Counted from the first letter of the stretch, positions 29,451 to 39,357 are shown. The stretch is DNA of 64,000 bases from Phycisphaerae bacterium (GCA_963666925.2 CAXXTC010000007.1:256001-320000); one strand, 5' to 3'. Program-made: numbers and translations. The notes: a model not told the origin generated them from the sequence alone.

Positions 29451-31007
29451 TTAGAAGACGCGGGCCTGGCCGCGGGTATTACCCTTCGGGGTTACGACGT
29501 GGATGGAACACGCCAGACAGGGGTCGTAAGAGCGGACGATACGCACCAGCTCGAAGGGGTTCTCTTCGTCCTTGACGGTGGTGCCTTCGAGGGCCTGTTC
29601 GCAGGCGCCGGGTTGATCGTTGTCGTCGCGCGGCGAGCAGTTCCAGGTGGTCGGGACGACGGCCTGGTAGTTGGCGATTTTGCCGTCGCGGATTTCGATC
29701 CAGTGGCCGAGCGAGCCGCGGGGAGCTTCGGTGATGCCCATGCCCTGGCCGGAGTCGGGTAGCTCGAAGCGGGCGCAGTTGGGTTCGCCGGGTTTGAGCT
29801 GCATGACCCAGTCGGCCATGTTGTCGGCGACCATCTTGGTTTCGAGCGCGCGGGCGGCATGTCGGCCGAGGGTTGAGAACAGCGCGGAGACCGGGGCATT
29901 GAGCTGGCCGAGCGTGCCGTCGATGAGTTCCTTGACCTTGGGCTGACCCTGGCCATAGGCGACGAGCATGCGTGCCAGCGGGCCGACCTCGTGGGTTTGG
30001 TCGTTGTAGCGTGGTGCCTTGATGAAAGAGTAGGCGCCCGGCTTCTTTGGGTTGGCGTTGGTCTGGCCCTCGGCGGGCGGGAGGTTGCTGCCGCTGTCGT
30101 ACCAGGAGTGCTTGACCTGCTCGCGGATCTGCTGCGGGTCGAACGATTCGACGCTGGTGGTCGAGCCATTGAACCGGCCGTTGGGCAGCAGTCGCTCGCG
30201 CTTGGTCAGGTCGGGGTCCTGGTTCATGTCCCAGTTGCCGTAGGAGAGATATTGCTTGCAGCCGCTGCCGATCTCGAAATAGTCGGGATAGGCGCCGGCG
30301 ACTGCGAGGATGTCGGGGATGTACATGGTGTTGATGAAATCGCGGATTCGTTCGAGGCGCCAGCGGAATTCGGCGATTTTGTCGACGGTGACCTGTTCGA
30401 GCGCGCCTCCGGGGAAGATGCCCATGTTATGCGGTGCCTTGCCGCCGAAGATGGCGAGCATTTCGTGTGCGAGGCGTCGCATGTTTAGGGCTTCGACGTA
30501 GCGTGAGACAGCGGCCTGGTTGGCTTCCTTGGAAAGGCGATAGTCGCCCTCGTAGCGTGGGAAGAAGGGGGCCAGCGATCCGCGGGCGATGAAATCTGCG
30601 ACCTGGCGGAGGCGCGGGTCGGAGCCGGTGTAGCCGGCGGCGGCGGTGACGTCGACGTAGTCGAGCGCGGCCAGGTGGTAGAAGTGGAGGACGTGCGACT
30701 GGATGTAGTTGCAGCCGAAGATGAGGTTGCGCATCAGGCGGCCGTTGTGGGGGACGTCGCCGGCGATGCCGAAGGCGTCATCGAGGGCCAGGGTTGAGGC
30801 CATCGAGTGCGCCGTGGGACATACGCCGCAGATACGTTGAGTGATGCGTTGCGCGTCGCGCGGGTCACGTCCGCGGAGGATGTTTTCGATGCCGCGAAAG
30901 AGCATTCCGCTACAACGAGCCTCCTTGACCTTCCCGTTCTCGGTGACGGCCTCGATTTTGAGGTGTCCTTCGATCCGGGTGATCGGGTCGATAACAATCC
31001 TGCCCAT
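29451..31007 (-). CDS. [NiFe] hydrogenase large subunit (group 1a-like motifs, Cys form)
   Basis: IDPITRIEGHL, L1 QRICGVCPTAH, EAPRGSLGHW, PTTWN, L2 RSYDPCLACSIH plus a 15-aa cleavable tail; GGAGG RBS. Confidence 0.95.
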   Translation of the reverse strand: MGRIVIDPITRIEGHLKIEAVTENGKVKEARCSGMLFRGIENILRGRDPRDAQRITQRICGVCPTAHSMASTLALDDAFGIAGDVPHNGRLMRNLIFGCNYIQSHVLHFYHLAALDYVDVTAAAGYTGSDPRLRQVADFIARGSLAPFFPRYEGDYRLSKEANQAAVSRYVEALNMRRLAHEMLAIFGGKAPHNMGIFPGGALEQVTVDKIAEFRWRLERIRDFINTMYIPDILAVAGAYPDYFEIGSGCKQYLSYGNWDMNQDPDLTKRERLLPNGRFNGSTTSVESFDPQQIREQVKHSWYDSGSNLPPAEGQTNANPKKPGAYSFIKAPRYNDQTHEVGPLARMLVAYGQGQPKVKELIDGTLGQLNAPVSALFSTLGRHAARALETKMVADNMADWVMQLKPGEPNCARFELPDSGQGMGITEAPRGSLGHWIEIRDGKIANYQAVVPTTWNCSPRDDNDQPGACEQALEGTTVKDEENPFELVRIVRSYDPCLACSIHVVTPKGNTRGQARVF

Positions 31008-31389
31008 GATTAACCTCCACAGACGCCACGGGCGTGGGGACTCCTCCCACGGCAGTGCGAATGTTGCTCGGATTGCGGGGTCATGCCTGAACTCCCGTCG
31101 GCAATGACGGAATTGAATAGAACGCCGGCCCAAGTTCCAGGGCTGCGATCTGGGCCGGTCGCAGCGGACCCGCATCCTAGTCTTGATGTGGTGAGAATCA
31201 AGTGCCTTGTGACCCGATTAGCTTATTATCAGAAAGCTGAATAGTCTGGGGGGTTCTGACCTGCCGGGATCGCGTCAGGTTGTGAGGTTGTGAGGTTGGT
31301 GGGCGGGCGTCAACGGGGCCGTGTGTGGGGCCTAATAAATACCGAACTTAGCTTTCGTCGAGCGTGTGGAGGCGATAGTATTGCCGGGC

Positions 31390-33582
31390 ATGTCGGATGG
31401 TTTGCGCGTGTTACACCTGGCTGATACTCATATTGGCGCCGGGCTGGTAGCCCGGCCGCGCCGGGCGGTGCCGCGCCGGGGTGATGATCTGGTTGCGAGC
31501 TATCGTGCGGCGTTGGCGTCGGCATCGCGCGAAGGGGTGGACCTGGTAATTCATGCGGGGGATTTATTTGATAACACGGCGCCCGGGAGCGGTGCGTTGG
31601 GGGTGGCGGCAGAGCCGTTGCGGGCGTTGGCGTCTGCGGGCGTGCCGGTGGTGATTGTGCCGGGGAATCACGAACGGTCAGCGGTTGCTGAGTCGCTGTT
31701 GCTGTCGCATGAGAATATCCACGTGCTGGCGGAGCCGCGGACGGTGCGGCTGGAGCTGGGCGGTGTGCGTGTGGCGGTGGCGGGGTTTCCATGTGTGCGG
31801 CGTGGGGCAGAGCAGGGTTTTCCGGGGGCGCTGGAATCGACCGGCTGGCGACGGGTGGCTGCGGATGTACGCATTCTGGCGGTGCATCAGACCTTTGCGG
31901 GGGCGGCGGTAGGACCGACGGGGTTTCGGTTTCGGCCGGGGCGTGACGTTGTGTTTCCGGGAGCGGTGCCGGCGGAGTTTGACTACGTGGCGGCGGGGCA
32001 CGTGCATCGTCACCAGGTGTTGAGATCGGCGGAGGATGATGGGGTGCCGATCGTGTATGCGGGTTCGACCGATCGGGTTTCGTTTGCGGAGGTGGATGAG
32101 CCGAAGGGATGCGTGCTGGTGACGTTTCGCGGTTGTGGTGTTGAGCATCGCTTTGTTGAGCACGCGGTGCGGCCGATGTCGACGTGGCCGGTAGACGTGA
32201 GCGAGTTGGGTCGGGACGAGATTGTCGCGCGGCTGGAGAAGATCGTGCGGTCGTTGCCGGGGCGGGCAGTTGCGCAGGTACGGCTGGCTGGTCGGGTTGT
32301 GGCGGGGGTGTTGCGCGGGTTGCGGCTGGCAGATCGGCTGCGGGCGTTGCGGCCGGACGTGTTGCTGAGGGTGGTGTATCGTGGCGTGGATCTGAGCGGA
32401 GAACGGCGATCGCGGGCGGTTTCGGGGCGGCCAGCGGCGGTGTTTGCGTGTGTGCCGGGGCCGGCGGTAGCGCAGTGGTGCGTGGCGGTTGAGCGGTTGG
32501 GCGAGTTGCCGCGTGTACGGGGGGTGTATGCGCTGCATGATCGGGCGGGGCGGTTGTTGTACGTGGGGAAGGCGTGCGACGTGCGCAGCCGGGTGCGGAC
32601 GCACCTGCGTGGAGGTAACGGGGCGAATTATTACCGCGGTTGGGGGCAGCAGGTTGCGCAGGTCGCGGTGCGTTCGGCGGCGAGCGACCTGGAGGCGTTG
32701 TTGATCGAGGCGGAGTTGATTCGGCGTTTGCAGCCGACGTTCAATCGGCAACTGCGGCGTGGGAAGTCGTATTGCTACCTGGCGGAGGATGGCTGGGCGC
32801 ATCGGCAGTTGGGCGTGTTTCAGCGCGTAGCGCCCACGGGGGCGTTCGGGCCGTATCGCAGTGATTGGCAGGCGGAACAGGTTGCGGTGGCGGCGGCGCA
32901 GCATTTCAGACTGGCGCTATGTGATGCGCAAGAAGAGGGAGCGGAACAGATGCCGTTGCTCGGCGGAGCGGCCGGCAGCCGATTGTGTGCCCGCTATTAC
33001 GCCGGCGAGTGTGCCGGGCCGTGTGCCGGACGGATTGGGGCGGATGAATATGCGGTCGCGGCCGAGCGTCGCGCGGCGCTGCTGAGCGGGATGGACGACG
33101 CGTCGCTGCGCGCGTTGGAGACGGAGTTGGAGCTGACGCCGCGAGGCGTACTCGAACGTGTGCCGGCGGATTGGCGGCGGTGGGAAGCGCAGACGTTGCG
33201 AGCGGCGTTCGACCAGGCGGTCGAGACGCGCATGGCGGCGGAGTTGTTGTATGGGCTGGTGTTGCTGCCGGGTGACGGTGCGGAGGCGCGCACGGCGCAG
33301 ATGCTGCCTGGTGGGGTGCGGTTTGGCGCGGTTGGGTCGGATATTCGAGATGCGCGGCGAATGTTGCGGGCAGCGCGGCAGGTGGTGCCGCGTCGCCGGC
33401 CGGTGCCGCCGCCGCCAATACCGGCAGGGATTCTGGATGCGCTGTACATAGCGGTGCGTGAGCTGCGTCGCGGTGCGGATGAGTATGGTTTGATCAGCGC
33501 GCGCGAGCTGGCACAACTCAAGCCACGCGAGTTGCGCGCCCGAGCGCTGGGCCGCGGCGAGCGGGTGAGGGAAGGTGGATAG
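31390..33582 (+). CDS. Fusion of an SbcD/Mre11 metallophosphoesterase nuclease with a UvrC/Cho-like GIY-YIG endonuclease
   Basis: HLADTH, HAGDLFD, PGNHE, AVHQ, AGHVH; then GVYALHD..LLYVGKA..RSRVRTH, EALLIEAELIRRLQPTFN, FGPY, LC..CARYYAGECAGPC. Confidence 0.85.
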   Translation: MSDGLRVLHLADTHIGAGLVARPRRAVPRRGDDLVASYRAALASASREGVDLVIHAGDLFDNTAPGSGALGVAAEPLRALASAGVPVVIVPGNHERSAVAESLLLSHENIHVLAEPRTVRLELGGVRVAVAGFPCVRRGAEQGFPGALESTGWRRVAADVRILAVHQTFAGAAVGPTGFRFRPGRDVVFPGAVPAEFDYVAAGHVHRHQVLRSAEDDGVPIVYAGSTDRVSFAEVDEPKGCVLVTFRGCGVEHRFVEHAVRPMSTWPVDVSELGRDEIVARLEKIVRSLPGRAVAQVRLAGRVVAGVLRGLRLADRLRALRPDVLLRVVYRGVDLSGERRSRAVSGRPAAVFACVPGPAVAQWCVAVERLGELPRVRGVYALHDRAGRLLYVGKACDVRSRVRTHLRGGNGANYYRGWGQQVAQVAVRSAASDLEALLIEAELIRRLQPTFNRQLRRGKSYCYLAEDGWAHRQLGVFQRVAPTGAFGPYRSDWQAEQVAVAAAQHFRLALCDAQEEGAEQMPLLGGAAGSRLCARYYAGECAGPCAGRIGADEYAVAAERRAALLSGMDDASLRALETELELTPRGVLERVPADWRRWEAQTLRAAFDQAVETRMAAELLYGLVLLPGDGAEARTAQMLPGGVRFGAVGSDIRDARRMLRAARQVVPRRRPVPPPPIPAGILDALYIAVRELRRGADEYGLISARELAQLKPRELRARALGRGERVREGG

Positions 33583-33748
33583 CGGGGCTGGGGGCTCGTA
33601 TATGCGGGAATGTGGATTGGTAGGGCCGCTTGCGTGCGTGGGGTCGGGTGGGCGCATACAATACTGCACTTGTCACGGCTTGGATGCCGGGGATTCGCAA
33701 ACCGGGTGACAGCATTCGCTGGGCCCGTGCTCTCGCCAAGGAACTTTC

Positions 33749-35200
33749 ATGAGAATAGCTCTGGTGAACCCTGTGACCCGCCGGTCGCAGGGCTATCACA
33801 CGATTGGCACGTATATTCCGCAGCTTGGTTTGCAGGTGCTGGCTCGGCTGGTGGGCGACGAACACCAGGTTGACATCATCGACGAGGTTTTTAAGCCGGG
33901 GGACGCCGACCGTTATCTCCTGCGGGGCAAGTATGGCCTAGTTGGACTGACGGCGTATACCAGCGGCGCGACGCGAGCGTATGAGATTGCGCGGTTGTGT
34001 CGCGAGCATGGCACGCCCACGATCATGGGTGGCCCGCATGCGTCCGCTTGTCCGGAAGAGGCGGCGCCGCACGTGGATTCGCTGGCGTTGGGCGAGTGCG
34101 ACGAGATCTGGCCGCAGATCATTAGTGATGCGGCCGCGGGTCGGCTGTTGCCGCGTTACGAAGGCACGTTGTCTGATTTGGAGACCACCGGGCTGGGCGG
34201 GGCCCACCCGGCGCCGCAGCCGATCAACGGGCGCTATGACGTGGCGGCGATCCAGACCTCTCGCGGCTGCCCGGTCGGATGCGAGTATTGCTCGGTGACG
34301 CGCTTCAACGGGCCCGAAATCCGGCGGCGGCGCATCGCCGACATCGTCGCCGAGTGGAATGCCATCAAAGAGAAGTTCGTTTTCGTGGTAGACGACAACT
34401 TCTTCGGCGTCGGTCCGCGGCACGCGAAATGGGCCAAGGAGCTGTTGCACGCGCTGATTCGGGATGGCAAGAAGCGGTTGTGGTTCAGCCAGACGACGAT
34501 CAACATGGGCGATGATCAGGAGGGGTTGCGGCTGGCGTACAAGGCCGGCTGTCGCGGTATGCTGGTCGGGTTCGAGACGTTCAACCAGGAATCGCTGAAG
34601 AAATATCACAAGGGTATCAATCGGAAGAACGTTGAGCGATATCAGGAACTGGTGACGGGTTTTCACAAGGCGGGGATCGCAGTTTTCGGCGGGTTCATCA
34701 TCGGTTCTGACGAGGACACGCCCGAGACGGTGGCCGACACGGCGCTGGGGGCGGTGCGCATCGGCGTGGACATCATTCAGATTACCAACCTCACGCCGCT
34801 GCCGGACACTCGGATGTTTGAACGCTTGCGTGATGCGGGCCGACTGTTGGCGCTGGACTGGCCGGCGGACTGGGAGCGTTATACGTTCACGGAGACGGTG
34901 TATAAGCCGGAACGGATGAGTGCCCGCGAGCTGGACGAGGCGATTTACGAGCTGCGTTATGCCGCGGCGCGTGAGCCGTGGGTTTTGAAGCGGGCCCTGC
35001 GAACGTTGGTGCAGACGCGATCGTTGAGCACGGCTCTGTTTGTGCTGGGGATGAACCGGGGGTGGAAGCGGATGGCGCGGCTCCAGGTTCCGCATGATGC
35101 GGAGCGGTTTGGGTTTGCGCCGCGGCCGTCGCGGCGGATGGCGAAGGTTGTGGAGTCGTTCCGGATGCACCTGTGGCCGTCGGCGTCGGGTCTGGCCTGA
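33749..35200 (+). CDS. B12-binding domain radical SAM protein
   Basis: GGPHAS, QTSRGCPVGCEYC (CxxxCxxC), VDDNF, GFET, TPLPDT. Confidence 0.9.
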   Translation: MRIALVNPVTRRSQGYHTIGTYIPQLGLQVLARLVGDEHQVDIIDEVFKPGDADRYLLRGKYGLVGLTAYTSGATRAYEIARLCREHGTPTIMGGPHASACPEEAAPHVDSLALGECDEIWPQIISDAAAGRLLPRYEGTLSDLETTGLGGAHPAPQPINGRYDVAAIQTSRGCPVGCEYCSVTRFNGPEIRRRRIADIVAEWNAIKEKFVFVVDDNFFGVGPRHAKWAKELLHALIRDGKKRLWFSQTTINMGDDQEGLRLAYKAGCRGMLVGFETFNQESLKKYHKGINRKNVERYQELVTGFHKAGIAVFGGFIIGSDEDTPETVADTALGAVRIGVDIIQITNLTPLPDTRMFERLRDAGRLLALDWPADWERYTFTETVYKPERMSARELDEAIYELRYAAAREPWVLKRALRTLVQTRSLSTALFVLGMNRGWKRMARLQVPHDAERFGFAPRPSRRMAKVVESFRMHLWPSASGLA

Positions 35201-35441
35201 GCGTGGGCTGGATACCCGGGTGTGTCCGGCGTGGCTCTGTAAGTGGCGTGTGAGTAATGTGTTAGGGTTGTTCTGTGAGGGCGGGGGCGGCTTTGGCATG
35301 CGTGGGGAATGGGGCGGCGGAGATCATTCCGCGGATTCGCGAATAATCGGTTTTTGCGGTCGAATACCCGGGTGAAAGGGATCGAGCGGACGACGCGTGG
35401 ACGCGCCGTCTGCGGTGACCGGTCCTAACAGGAGCGTTGCC

Positions 35442-36095
35442 ATGAACAACGGACCGTCTGTCATAGTGAAAAAGAGTGGATTCCTGGCGGCGGTTGCCAA
35501 GGGGATCTTTGGGACCATCATCACAGTGGTGCTTTGTGCAACGGCCCTGGGTCTGTACGGCATCCGGATGTGCGACCACAACATGGACATGATCCGGCAG
35601 GTGGTCACCAAGATCGTGCCGGAGGTGCTGGATAACGTGCCCGATATCATCGCCGCCATGCCGCCGCTCATTGCCGACGCGCTGAACGATCGGCGGGCCC
35701 CGGAGTATCGTCCGGAGATCACAATCGAAACGCGCATGGCCCATCGTAATGGTCGCCAGGTGGCGGTGTTGGAGCTTCACAACGACGGTGATCAGACCGT
35801 GTCGTTGCTGACGCTACACGTTGCTTTTGAGAACAACGAGGGTGTTCCGGTGTGGTCGGATGTGTTGCTCGCGGCCAGTCCGATTGGCTGTGACGAGGAG
35901 GTCCCCGGGCTGCTGATGCCGGGGGCCACGCGGAAGTTGACCTGCGGCTGGCTACACCACCATGGGGACGTGGAAGCAGTGACGGCTGATATTACCGATC
36001 TGCGAGTTTGGAACGGTTCCGAGGTTGAGTCGGCGAGCGAGAGTGTGCACGAGCCGGCGCTGCCTGCGGTAGATGGGGAAGATTCAGCAGCCTGA
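35442..36095 (+). CDS. Hypothetical membrane-anchored protein with an Ig-like (FxLYD-like) C-terminal domain
   Basis: AGGAG RBS, N-terminal TM helix, LELHNDGDQTV..LMPGAT pattern. Confidence 0.6.
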   Translation: MNNGPSVIVKKSGFLAAVAKGIFGTIITVVLCATALGLYGIRMCDHNMDMIRQVVTKIVPEVLDNVPDIIAAMPPLIADALNDRRAPEYRPEITIETRMAHRNGRQVAVLELHNDGDQTVSLLTLHVAFENNEGVPVWSDVLLAASPIGCDEEVPGLLMPGATRKLTCGWLHHHGDVEAVTADITDLRVWNGSEVESASESVHEPALPAVDGEDSAA

Positions 36096-36290
36096 TTGCG
36101 ACGCCGATCCCAACCGGCGCAATCGCCAGCGGCGGCCGACACTCGAAGTCGGTCGCCGCTGTGCTGTAATCGGAGAAGTGCGGGGTAGATTTTCCTTGCC
36201 GACATGGTCCGGTAATGTGTAGAGTTGATCGCGTGGCATGAGTCACTTGTCGCCGATGCGACGTCAAACACAAGCCGGAGGAATTACGTC

Positions 36291-37511
36291 ATGGCCAGGT
36301 GGGGTAACGATGGAGTTATGGTCTCGCAGCCGTGTAATTTGGTGTATCCCTTTTCGACCGCGGTCAGTCGTCGCGCATTGGCGCGGGTGGAGCTCATCGT
36401 TCTGGCAGTTGTTGGTGTTCTGTTGTTGTCGCTGCTGACGCCGGCGCTGGGTGTCGTTCGGCAGGAGATGCGGCACGCTTCCTGCGTCAATAACCTGTCA
36501 CTGTTCGGCCGTGGTATGCATTGCTACGCGATGGAGCATGAAGGCTGGCTTCCCGGCGTCAATACGTCCGGCCTGCGTGTCAGCACGACCGTCGGTATCG
36601 CCGGTATGCTGGACCACCCGGAAGTTCCCGTGCAGACCTACGACTGGATGACGCCGGTGCTGAGCTACGTCGAGAAGCTGCCGGCCAATCGGGCGCAGCG
36701 CTTCTGGCATTTGTGGTACAAGTACCGCTGCCCGCAGCAGACCGAGACGGCTATTGTTGCGCCCTACTTCATGGGGTTTCCGTCAGATGACTACGACGAG
36801 TTTGTAGAGTTGGCCGAGGCGGAGCCCTGGCCGGCGTGCAGCTATCTCATGTCGGCGCATTTCTCGTGGTGGGGACGGGACTACGAAGATTATGTCCTGG
36901 GTCCGCACCTTGCCAATCCGAGCTACCTGATCCGTGCCTTCGTCGCCTCGGACAATTGGGAAACGGTGAATTACGACTACGTGTCCCGGCTGGACCAGGT
37001 GGGTCCGCCCGATCGCAAACTCTTCGTCGCGGACGGCACACGTTACATCAGCGCGGGGCGGATCATCGACTTCAACCCCAGCCCGGATCCCCGTCTCTAC
37101 GGCGTGGGCGTATTCGGCGCGTTCGCCTCAAGCGGCGCCTGGTGGGCCGGCAGCACGACCTACGGCGTGGGCGGCGGGACGACCTACGACGGTTACCCCG
37201 TCACGATTAACAGTCCATCGCAGGGCTACAACCTGTCGATCTCCTATCGGCACCGCACCTGCGGGTCCGGCCCCGCTTCAACGTCCAATCACCGTCCCGG
37301 CCGGCCGGGAGTCGGCGACGATTTCACCGGCAGCGCGCAGGACAACTATGGCTGCATCAACGCGGTGATGTTTGATGGGCACGTGACGACGCTCGACGAT
37401 CGGGAGTCGCGCAACCCGGTGCTGTGGTATCCCACGGGTACGATCGTGAACGAGAACGTCACGCCGGGCGAGACCATGACGACGCTCTTGCCGGGCTCGG
37501 TGATTCCGTAG
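36291..37511 (+). CDS. Prepilin-like (DUF1559 / H-Xn-DG type) protein
   Basis: RRALARVELIVLAVV..LLTPAL..R..CVNNL..G.GMHCY; CP; YRH; NAVMFDGHV. The start may instead be 36318. Confidence 0.8.
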   Translation: MARWGNDGVMVSQPCNLVYPFSTAVSRRALARVELIVLAVVGVLLLSLLTPALGVVRQEMRHASCVNNLSLFGRGMHCYAMEHEGWLPGVNTSGLRVSTTVGIAGMLDHPEVPVQTYDWMTPVLSYVEKLPANRAQRFWHLWYKYRCPQQTETAIVAPYFMGFPSDDYDEFVELAEAEPWPACSYLMSAHFSWWGRDYEDYVLGPHLANPSYLIRAFVASDNWETVNYDYVSRLDQVGPPDRKLFVADGTRYISAGRIIDFNPSPDPRLYGVGVFGAFASSGAWWAGSTTYGVGGGTTYDGYPVTINSPSQGYNLSISYRHRTCGSGPASTSNHRPGRPGVGDDFTGSAQDNYGCINAVMFDGHVTTLDDRESRNPVLWYPTGTIVNENVTPGETMTTLLPGSVIP

Positions 37512-37522
37512 TCTGCGGCAGC

Positions 37523-39208
37523 CTATGCGGCCGGGGCGTTGTTGTTTTCGGCCTCGGCCAGCGCCTTACGCGTGGTGAAGTAGAAGATGGTCATGCCGAC
37601 GGTGCCGGCAAGGCCGATGATTCCGAGATAGACCCAGACCATATAGGGATGGTGCAGGTCCCAGAGGACCTGAGTGGCGTCGAGGACGGCCTGGTGGTCG
37701 ATGTCGCCGAGCACATTGTGGTAGATGGTGGCCACCTGCTCGGCGTGGTTTCCGGCCTCAGCGGCCTGCGTATCGATAGCGGCGACTGCGGAGCGCACGG
37801 CCGATTCGATATGCTCCGGACTTGCTCCCTGCTGGAGTTTCGCCATCGTTTCCATCACGTGTGAGCCAGGCAGCAGGTCTGCGTTCGTTGCGAATTCGGG
37901 GCTCATCCCGAGCTTGTCCACCAGGTATTGCCGCGCCAGGGAGTATTTGTTCGCCATCGCGTCATACAGGTAGCCGCCGATCTTGTTGCCGGCGGCCCAG
38001 CCGATGGCGAAGGGGATGTTTGAATATCCCATGTATAGCGCCTTTTTGTCCTTGGGTGCGATCAGGGCGATGTAGGCGCTGAACGTTGGACTGCACGTCA
38101 TTTCGCCGATTGAGAAGACGAAGATCATGATCGAGCAGAAGATGCCGAGTTGAGTCAGGCCGGCGCCGACGAAGCCGACCAGCGAGATGATCATGCCGAT
38201 GATCATCGCCGCGACCTTGTTGATTTTGCCGACGAGCCAGGAGATTACCAGGACCAGGGCAATGATCGCCCAGGCGTCGATGTTGATCAGGATTTCGGGC
38301 TTGGTTTGTCCGTCCTCATTTACCCAGCCGTTGCTGAACCAGCCGAAGAACGGTGCTACGTCGGACGTATCCACCCACTCGTCGATGAAGTTTGGCAGCA
38401 GGTCCCAGAGCTGCATGAACATCAGCCAGAAGCAGGAGAAGATCAGCAGGAACGCGACCAATCGCAGATCTTTCAGGATGGTTGCGATTGAGCTGATGAA
38501 CGTGCCGACCACGCCGTGCTGAGTTTCACCTTCCTTGGGCGGGGTCTTCTCGGGTTCCTTGTAGAGGAACAGCATCGGGATGAAGTTGCAGGCGGTTACG
38601 ATGGCGGCCCCGTAGAACACGTAGTCCCAGTTGATTTCGCCGCGGAGCTGGGCGGCCAGCATCGGTGCCAGTGCCCCGCCGATGTTCACGACCCAGTAGA
38701 AGATGCCCCACCCCATCGACGAAGTGTTTTCGTCGGTGGTCTTGGCCACGGTGCCGTGGCAGGGCGGCTTGAAGATGGCCGTCCCAAACCCGATCAGGCA
38801 GGCCGCCAGCAAGAACACCCAGTAGCCGGCTCCTTCCCAGCCCTGAGCCTGGTAATGTTGGGCGATCGGCAGCGAGTTGGCCATGAGCAGGTAACCGCCG
38901 ATGTTGATCAGGAAAGCGACGGCGAGGCTCTTCTTGTAGCCGTAGCGTTCGGTGAACCCGCCGGAGACCATTGGCACCAGGCATTGGATCAGGGCCCACC
39001 ACATGTAGATGTCGCCCTTGTCCGTGTAGGACAATCCCAGGCCGTTTTCGTCGGCCGTGCGGATCATGTACAGCGGCGCGATGGCGCGCACCCCGAAGAA
39101 CGCCAACCGCTCGAAGATCTCCATCAGGTTGGCGTACCAGAAGTTCGCCGGCATGTTCCGGATCAACGCGAAGAACCCGCTCTTCTTCTGCTGGACGGCG
39201 TCGGCCAT
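37523..39208 (-). CDS. MFS transporter, POT/PTR2 peptide transporter-like
   Basis: MEIFERLAFFG (ExxER), GTAIFKP, GIFYWVVNIG, SIGEM..SP; about 12 TM helices. Confidence 0.85.
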   Translation of the reverse strand: MADAVQQKKSGFFALIRNMPANFWYANLMEIFERLAFFGVRAIAPLYMIRTADENGLGLSYTDKGDIYMWWALIQCLVPMVSGGFTERYGYKKSLAVAFLINIGGYLLMANSLPIAQHYQAQGWEGAGYWVFLLAACLIGFGTAIFKPPCHGTVAKTTDENTSSMGWGIFYWVVNIGGALAPMLAAQLRGEINWDYVFYGAAIVTACNFIPMLFLYKEPEKTPPKEGETQHGVVGTFISSIATILKDLRLVAFLLIFSCFWLMFMQLWDLLPNFIDEWVDTSDVAPFFGWFSNGWVNEDGQTKPEILINIDAWAIIALVLVISWLVGKINKVAAMIIGMIISLVGFVGAGLTQLGIFCSIMIFVFSIGEMTCSPTFSAYIALIAPKDKKALYMGYSNIPFAIGWAAGNKIGGYLYDAMANKYSLARQYLVDKLGMSPEFATNADLLPGSHVMETMAKLQQGASPEHIESAVRSAVAAIDTQAAEAGNHAEQVATIYHNVLGDIDHQAVLDATQVLWDLHHPYMVWVYLGIIGLAGTVGMTIFYFTTRKALAEAENNNAPAA

Positions 39209-39357
39209 ACTCTGCTCCTGCGCTGTGCCGAATTGGGGAAAGGTTGGCTGGTGTTATAACCCAGAAGTGCCTGTGGATCACCCCCCGCGGGCGACCATGG
39301 GCCGGTCTTCGGGCCGCGCCGGTTCCGGCCGGCGGACGCTGTGCTGCTCTGCCTGGG

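Noticed and set aside
29495..29530. Selenocysteine in the hydrogenase large subunit
   Set aside because: The L2 motif codon is TGT (Cys); there is no in-frame TGA.
31183..31201. FNR/CRP box TTGAT..ATCAA upstream of the hydrogenase operon
   Set aside because: The half-sites are 9 bp apart rather than 4; it may be another operator but cannot be called FNR.
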